The position numbers and the translations under genes are program-made. From Flavobacterium sp. (GTDB taxonomy: Bacteria; Bacteroidota; Bacteroidia; Flavobacteriales; Flavobacteriaceae), in assembly GCA_036796275.1 (NCBI GenBank), contig DAIRDG010000009.1, positions 1,911 to 65,910 on the forward strand: a DNA stretch of 64,000 bases. The letters are read 5' to 3'. Each line of letters opens with the position of its first letter. Position 1 is the first letter of the stretch. The notes under the pieces are model-generated. The model saw only the letters and a program-made list of their open reading frames with translations, ran no database searches and was not told the DNA's origin. Positions 58,772 through 64,000 of this stretch are shown here, in pieces.

Positions 58772-61570
58772 ATGAAACATTATTTATCATTATTAACTAT
58801 GCTGATGTGTGTATGGTCCTATTCACAATCTAACATCACCGGAACAGTTTTAGACGAAACAGGTTCTGGGATACCAGGAGCCAACATTATTATTGTTGGA
58901 GAGTCTATAGGTACTACCACCAATTTTGACGGCAAGTTTGAATTAAAATCTCAAAAAAAACCACCGTTCAAAATTCAAATTTCCATGCTTGGTTACAACA
59001 TCCAAGAGGTAAGCATTAACAATGCCAACCAAAAGGTAAGCGTAACCCTAAACGAAGATGCCATGCAATTGGGTGAAATTGTAGTGTCTGCCTCGAGAAC
59101 ACCAGAAAGAATTTTAGAATCACCCGTTACCATCGAAAGAATGGGGATGAAGGAAGTAAAAAACACCACTTCACCAACTTTTTATGATGGTTTAGAGAAC
59201 ATGAAAGAAGTGCATTTTAACACCTCAAGTTTCAACTTTAAATCCATTAACACCAGAGGTTTTGCTACAGTAGCCAATACCCGCTTTATGCAATTAGTAG
59301 ATGGGATGGACAACTCTTCACCAGCCTTAAACTTTGTATTAGGAAACTTAATTGGTTTATCAGATTTAGACGTTCAAAGTATTGAATTACTACCCGGTGC
59401 TTCTTCTGCTTTGTATGGTGCCAATGCCTTTAATGGAATTTTGTTTATGAATAGCAAAAATCCCTTTGATCATGAGGGCATTAGCACTTATGTAAAAAGA
59501 GGAATTACCACTCAAGATGAAGCAGGTACCAATGAATATTTTGACATGGGGATTAGAGCCGCTAAAAAGTTTACCCCTCATTTTGCTGCCAAAGCAAATT
59601 TTACTTACATGAGAGCTACTGAATGGATAGCCAACGATCAAAGAAGTGTAACCGCTGGTGGTGATAACAGAATAACTAACCAGAATTATGATGGATTAAA
59701 TGTTTATGGCGATGAGGTTTCTACCTTCATCCCCAACGTAGGGCAGGTGAGTAGAACCGGATACAACGAAAGAGATTTAAATGACAATAACATAAACAGC
59801 GTAAAAGCCGACTTTTCTATGCATTTCAGGCCTTTTGCAACCTCTGATAGCAATTATTGGAAATCATTAGAAGTAACAGGTCAGTATAAAGTAGGTGCAG
59901 GTAATACCGTTTACCAAGGAGCTAACCGTTATGCTTTAAGAAATTTTTTAATGCAACAATACCGTGCTGAAATTACCCACAAAAACTTTTTTGTTAGAGG
60001 TTATGTAACTACAGAAGATGCCGGAGATTCTTATGATATGCGTTTTGCTGCTTGGAACATCAACAGACAAGCTAAGTCTGACCAAGGTTGGTTTACAGAT
60101 TATGCGACTGCTTTCTTACAGTCTCAAATCGCTTTAGGTTTTAATGCCAATCAAGCGTCAGAATTTGCTCGCAACTTTGCAACCTTCAACATCAATGATA
60201 CACCTTTGCCATTAACGCCTAATGGTCAAGCACAATTTCAACCTGGCACTGTTGAATTCAACAATGCTTTAGCCACAGTAAGACAAAGCTCAGACCTTAC
60301 CCAAGGGGCTTTGTTTAAAGACCAATCTCAAATATGGCATGCTGACTGGAATTATAATTTTGCCGAACACATCAAAGTTGCCGATATTCAGGTTGGCGGG
60401 TCTTTAAGACAATATGTTTTAAACTCTGAAGGTACAATTTTTACCGATTTTGACGGTCCTATCAGATACAGTGAATTTGGTATTTATTCGCAAGTTCAAA
60501 AGAAGTTTGGTGCGGAAGAAAGACTTAAAGTTACAGCCTCTGCCCGTTATGACAAGAACGAATTGTTTGATGGTTTCTTTTCACCAAGAGTTTCTTTTGT
60601 GTACTCAGCAGGCGAAAGAAAAAACCATAATTTTAGAGCGTCATATCAAACAGGTTTTCGTAACCCAACTACCCAAGATTTATTTATTGGTTTAAATTTA
60701 GGGCCCTTTGCATTAATAGGTTCTGCAGCAAATAACCTCGAAAGATATGTAGATGTGTTGCCAGTGAGTGCTCCCGGTCAAGCTATTGTTGGCTCACAAA
60801 ACATTACGCTTACTGGTGTTGATGCTTATAACAATGCTTACACCATTCCCTCTGTAACAGCTGCTGTTGCAGCCAACGATGCCAGTTTGTTAGAAGTGGC
60901 AAATCCCTCTTTAGTAAAACCTGAGCAAGTGCAAGCCTTTGAAGTGGGATATAAATCTGTAGTAAACGGTTTTAACATCGATTTGAATGCTTATTTCAAC
61001 ATTTATAATGACTTTATGAGCACCGCTAGGGTAATGACTCCTTTTTATGGTAGTTTAGACACGCCTACAGACTCTCAATTGCTTTTAGATGCTTTTCAAA
61101 GGCAAGACAGAAGAGTTTATCAGGTTTACACTAATACTTCTGCACAAATCACTTCTTGGGGTGCAGGGGCAGCCTTGTCTAGAAAAATTTACAAAGATTA
61201 TGAATTTGGTATAAATTATAACTTTGCACAATTTAATTTTGACCAAGCACAAGACCCAACCTTTATTGCAGGATTTAATACCCCAGAGCACAGAGCCAAA
61301 TTTAGTTTTGGAAATGACAATGCTTTCAAAAACTTTGGATTTAATATCAATGGCAGATGGTGGAGTGAGTATGAGTGGCAATCATCTTTTGCAGATGGTA
61401 CCATTCCTTCTACTTTTGTGTTAGACGCCCAAATTAGCTATGCTATCCCCAGCCTCAAATCTGTGATTAAACTATCTGCTGCCAACATTGGTAATAATGA
61501 CTATTTGCAAGTGATTGGTGCAGGGATGATAGGTCAAATCTATACTGCTTCTTTAACTATTAATCCTTAA
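58772..61570 (+). CDS. TonB-dependent receptor with N-terminal carboxypeptidase-regulatory-like domain
   Basis: 932 aa. Signal peptide, CarboxypepD_reg pattern (ITGTVLDETGSGIPGANIIIVG...TNFDGKFEL), plug (VVSASRTPERILESPVTIE) and a long beta-barrel. Confidence 0.88.
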   Translation: MKHYLSLLTMLMCVWSYSQSNITGTVLDETGSGIPGANIIIVGESIGTTTNFDGKFELKSQKKPPFKIQISMLGYNIQEVSINNANQKVSVTLNEDAMQLGEIVVSASRTPERILESPVTIERMGMKEVKNTTSPTFYDGLENMKEVHFNTSSFNFKSINTRGFATVANTRFMQLVDGMDNSSPALNFVLGNLIGLSDLDVQSIELLPGASSALYGANAFNGILFMNSKNPFDHEGISTYVKRGITTQDEAGTNEYFDMGIRAAKKFTPHFAAKANFTYMRATEWIANDQRSVTAGGDNRITNQNYDGLNVYGDEVSTFIPNVGQVSRTGYNERDLNDNNINSVKADFSMHFRPFATSDSNYWKSLEVTGQYKVGAGNTVYQGANRYALRNFLMQQYRAEITHKNFFVRGYVTTEDAGDSYDMRFAAWNINRQAKSDQGWFTDYATAFLQSQIALGFNANQASEFARNFATFNINDTPLPLTPNGQAQFQPGTVEFNNALATVRQSSDLTQGALFKDQSQIWHADWNYNFAEHIKVADIQVGGSLRQYVLNSEGTIFTDFDGPIRYSEFGIYSQVQKKFGAEERLKVTASARYDKNELFDGFFSPRVSFVYSAGERKNHNFRASYQTGFRNPTTQDLFIGLNLGPFALIGSAANNLERYVDVLPVSAPGQAIVGSQNITLTGVDAYNNAYTIPSVTAAVAANDASLLEVANPSLVKPEQVQAFEVGYKSVVNGFNIDLNAYFNIYNDFMSTARVMTPFYGSLDTPTDSQLLLDAFQRQDRRVYQVYTNTSAQITSWGAGAALSRKIYKDYEFGINYNFAQFNFDQAQDPTFIAGFNTPEHRAKFSFGNDNAFKNFGFNINGRWWSEYEWQSSFADGTIPSTFVLDAQISYAIPSLKSVIKLSAANIGNNDYLQVIGAGMIGQIYTASLTINP

Positions 61571-61580
61571 TTTAAACGAT

Positions 61581-63107
61581 ATGAAACATTTTCAATTTAA
61601 ATATCTTTTATTGGTTTCATTCATATTTCTTTCGTGTTCAGAAGAAATTGATGTACCAGTAGTTGTTCAAGAGCCTGTTACGGCTGGCTCTGCAGACTTT
61701 TCTAAGTATGTTGCCTTAGGCAATTCTCTTACTGCAGGTTTTTCTGATGGGGCATTGTTTAGAGCTGCTCAAGAAAACGCTTATCCGAATTTAATGTCAC
61801 AAAAATTTGCCGAAGTTGGTGGTGGTGCCTTTGCTACGCCTTTTACTAATAACAATATTGGTGGACTTTTAGCCGGTGGTGTACAAATTCAAGGTCCTAG
61901 ATTAATTTTTAACGGAACAGCCCCTGTGCCATTACCTGAAGCTACACCTACCACAGAAATTGCCGTTCCATTAACCGGCCCATTTAACAATTTAGGTGTA
62001 CCAGGAGCAAAATCTTTTCATTTATTAGCTCCAAATTATGGTAATATCGCTGGTGTTTCAACCGGTGCTGCTAATCCTTATTTTGTAAGATTTCGTTCGT
62101 CTGCTGCAACTTCTGTGCTATTAGATGCCACAGCTCAAAATCCGACATTTTTTAGTTTGTGGATAGGTAATAATGACGTGTTATCTTTTGCTACCTCTGG
62201 TGGAATTGGTGTTAATCAGTCTGGAAATTTAAATCCTGCCACTTATGGGCCTAATGATATTACAGATTCTAACGCGTTTACGGCTATCTATTCTCAAATG
62301 ATAGATGCGCTTACTGCTAATGGTGCTAAAGGTGTTGTAGCAAACATTCCAAATGTATCTTCTGTGCCGTTCTTTACTACTATTCCCTTTAATGCTGTTC
62401 CGTTAGATGCTGCTACTGCCAATGCCCTGAATACGGGTCTTATAGGACCCGTAAAACAAATTCTTACCCTGTTTGGTGAAGGCGATAGAGTTCAGCTTTT
62501 AGTTGCGGGTAATAATCCTCTCATGATTGTTGACGAAGGTTTAACCAATTTAGGTCCTCAAATTCAAGCTACCGCAGCTGCTAGCGGCAATCCACAATTA
62601 ATAGCTTTAGCACCCTTTTTAGGTGCTAATTATGGCCAAGTAAGACATGCTAAGCCGGGTGATTTATTTCCTTTAACTACGCGTACTATAATCGGACAAC
62701 CTGCCGGTACGCCAGTGCCAACTTTGAATGCTTTCGGCGTATCATTTCCATTACAAGATCAACACGCTTTAGTGCCTGTAGAATTAGCCATGATCAAAAC
62801 AGCAACAGATGCATATAATGCTTCTATTAAAAGTATTGCAGAAGCCAAAGGACTTGCTTTCGTTGATGTGAATGCATTGATGGTTCAATTGAGTACTTCT
62901 GGTATCAGATTAGGCAATTTTCACATGACCAATGCTTTTGTGCAAGGTGGTGCTTTCGGTTTAGATGGCATACACGTAACAGCTAGAGGAAATGCTTTTA
63001 TAGCTAATAAATTCTTAGAAGCTATTGAAAAGACCTATGGTTCTAGATTTAATAAATTTAGTCCTGAATCTTTTCCTTTTAGTTATCCTGCTTTCCTATC
63101 TAATTAA
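61581..63107 (+). CDS. SGNH/GDSL-family hydrolase lipoprotein
   Basis: 508 aa. Lipobox FLSC followed by SEEID. SGNH block I ALGNSLTAGF, block III WIGNNDVL and block V LDGIHVT. Confidence 0.7.
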   Translation: MKHFQFKYLLLVSFIFLSCSEEIDVPVVVQEPVTAGSADFSKYVALGNSLTAGFSDGALFRAAQENAYPNLMSQKFAEVGGGAFATPFTNNNIGGLLAGGVQIQGPRLIFNGTAPVPLPEATPTTEIAVPLTGPFNNLGVPGAKSFHLLAPNYGNIAGVSTGAANPYFVRFRSSAATSVLLDATAQNPTFFSLWIGNNDVLSFATSGGIGVNQSGNLNPATYGPNDITDSNAFTAIYSQMIDALTANGAKGVVANIPNVSSVPFFTTIPFNAVPLDAATANALNTGLIGPVKQILTLFGEGDRVQLLVAGNNPLMIVDEGLTNLGPQIQATAAASGNPQLIALAPFLGANYGQVRHAKPGDLFPLTTRTIIGQPAGTPVPTLNAFGVSFPLQDQHALVPVELAMIKTATDAYNASIKSIAEAKGLAFVDVNALMVQLSTSGIRLGNFHMTNAFVQGGAFGLDGIHVTARGNAFIANKFLEAIEKTYGSRFNKFSPESFPFSYPAFLSN

Positions 63108-63129
63108 GAAGATCATTCTTAATTTATCA

Positions 63130-63159
63130 AAAACCCCGTCAAAATTGGCGGGGTTTTTT
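63130..63159. terminator. Rho-independent, probably bidirectional terminator between convergent genes
   Basis: AAAACCCCG-tcaaaattgg-CGGGGTTTTTT. The A-tract before and the T-tract after allow function on both strands. Confidence 0.75.
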
Positions 63160-63163
63160 ACTT

Positions 63164-63616
63164 TTATCCATTATCACTTGCAAACCACTCAGCGTAGGAT
63201 GTTTCAGTTTCATGGAGTTTTAAGCTGTGTAATTTTACATCCTTTGGTAACTTAGCTGATATTTTTTCAGCAATATCAACAATCATATTTTCACATGAGG
63301 GTTGATAATCTACCATAATTACATTATGGTTTTCATCAGCCAATGTTTTACCTAATATCAAGTGTGGGGTGTTTTTATTTAAAATAATAGCGTGATCAAA
63401 ATAGTCTACAACTTCTACATTCACAATCTTTTTTAGGTCACCAAAATCTATCACCATTCCAAATTTTACATTGGTTTTGTCTTCAATTGGTTTACCAATA
63501 ATAGTTACAAACAATTTATAGCTATGTCCGTGTATGTTTTTGCATTTGCCATCATATCCGTATAATGCATGTGCAGTTTCAAAATTGAAACTTTTTGTGA
63601 TTCTAATCAAGCTCAT
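63164..63616 (-). CDS. queD: 6-carboxy-5,6,7,8-tetrahydropterin synthase
   Basis: 150 aa. FNFETAHAL...C...HGHSY motif of the PTPS/QueD family. Confidence 0.9.
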   Translation of the reverse strand: MSLIRITKSFNFETAHALYGYDGKCKNIHGHSYKLFVTIIGKPIEDKTNVKFGMVIDFGDLKKIVNVEVVDYFDHAIILNKNTPHLILGKTLADENHNVIMVDYQPSCENMIVDIAEKISAKLPKDVKLHSLKLHETETSYAEWFASDNG

Positions 63617-63755
63617 TCCCTTTGTTTTTAAAGTAATTGTATGTTAAAAATGCCAAAATAACTAAGACAATAAAAGGTAAATAAGTACCTATGATGATGC
63701 CAATTTCATACGAGCGGTCTGGTGCATTTTCTAAATTTTTTTCTATTTCTTCCAT
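63603..63755 (-). CDS. Small single-pass membrane protein (50 aa)
   Basis: Manual translation gives MEEIEKNLENAPDRSYEIGIIIGTYLPFIVLVILAFLTYNYFKNKGNELD, with one 22-residue hydrophobic helix. Its start overlaps the upstream stop by 13 nt and its stop overlaps the queD start by 14 nt. Confidence 0.4.
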   Translation of the reverse strand: MEEIEKNLENAPDRSYEIGIIIGTYLPFIVLVILAFLTYNYFKNKGNELD

Positions 63756-64000
63756 GAGTTTTTAATAGTCAACAAGGCATTTTTTGAAAATTCCTCTAAT
63801 ATTAAACTACCAGAGATTTCTGCTCTTTTTATCATTACTTTATTTAATTCTTCCTTATTTTCCCAAAACACTTGTTTTAATGCAATTAATGAATTTTTGT
63901 TTAGTTTAGATAGTTCTGTGGCTTTTTTTAATCCCGAATTAAACAATTCTTCATGAGTTGAAATTTGATGTATTAAACCATTTTTCATACTCCATTCTTC
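63743..64000 (-). CDS. C-terminal part of an enoyl-CoA hydratase/isomerase-like protein (gene runs off the window end)
   Basis: The frame stays open upstream of the track Met (EEWS MKNGLIHQIS...). The G-L-I/V-x-x-I/V...EEL...A..L pattern resembles the crotonase C-terminal helices. This is a weak assignment. Confidence 0.4.
   Translation of the reverse strand, partial: EEWSMKNGLIHQISTHEELFNSGLKKATELSKLNKNSLIALKQVFWENKEELNKVMIKRAEISGSLILEEFSKNALLTIKNSWKK

Overview
This 64 kb window looks like ordinary chromosomal DNA from a low-GC Bacteroidota genome, probably Flavobacteriia. The supporting signs are Flavobacteria-typical families (DUF4270, DUF3127, DUF2807, a long S16, CarboxypepD_reg-type TonB receptors), A-rich leaders without Shine-Dalgarno sequences, and TAnnTTTG -7 boxes just upstream of several starts. 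Coding density is high and most genes are housekeeping: gltBD, gmk, dut, mfd, rimM-rpsP, dnaE, gpsA, purD, rnr, radA, panCD, glmS and queD. There is one exopolysaccharide/O-antigen-like cluster at about 36.2-43.5 kb.

I found no rRNA, tRNA, CRISPR array, transposase, integrase or prophage. I also found no convincing multi-gene defence island.

The non-core or unexplained items are:
- A zeta-toxin-like P-loop gene broken by one in-frame TAA, with an overlapping 50-aa partner ORF (25.3-26.1 kb).
- A 33-bp tandem repeat array upstream of a stand-alone AAA+/DUF4143 ATPase in an AT-rich islet (46.56-47.9 kb).
- Twin hairpins in the rpsP leader.
- A 556-bp AT-rich non-coding gap upstream of the rpiB/polysaccharide operon.
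- A DnaQ-like exonuclease fused to DnaE.
- A TonB-dependent receptor paired with a predicted surface SGNH lipoprotein.
- A truncated GlgA-like protein that lacks the KxGGL motif.

All functional calls come from recognising motifs in the supplied translations. No searches were run. Composition statements are by eye, not computed.
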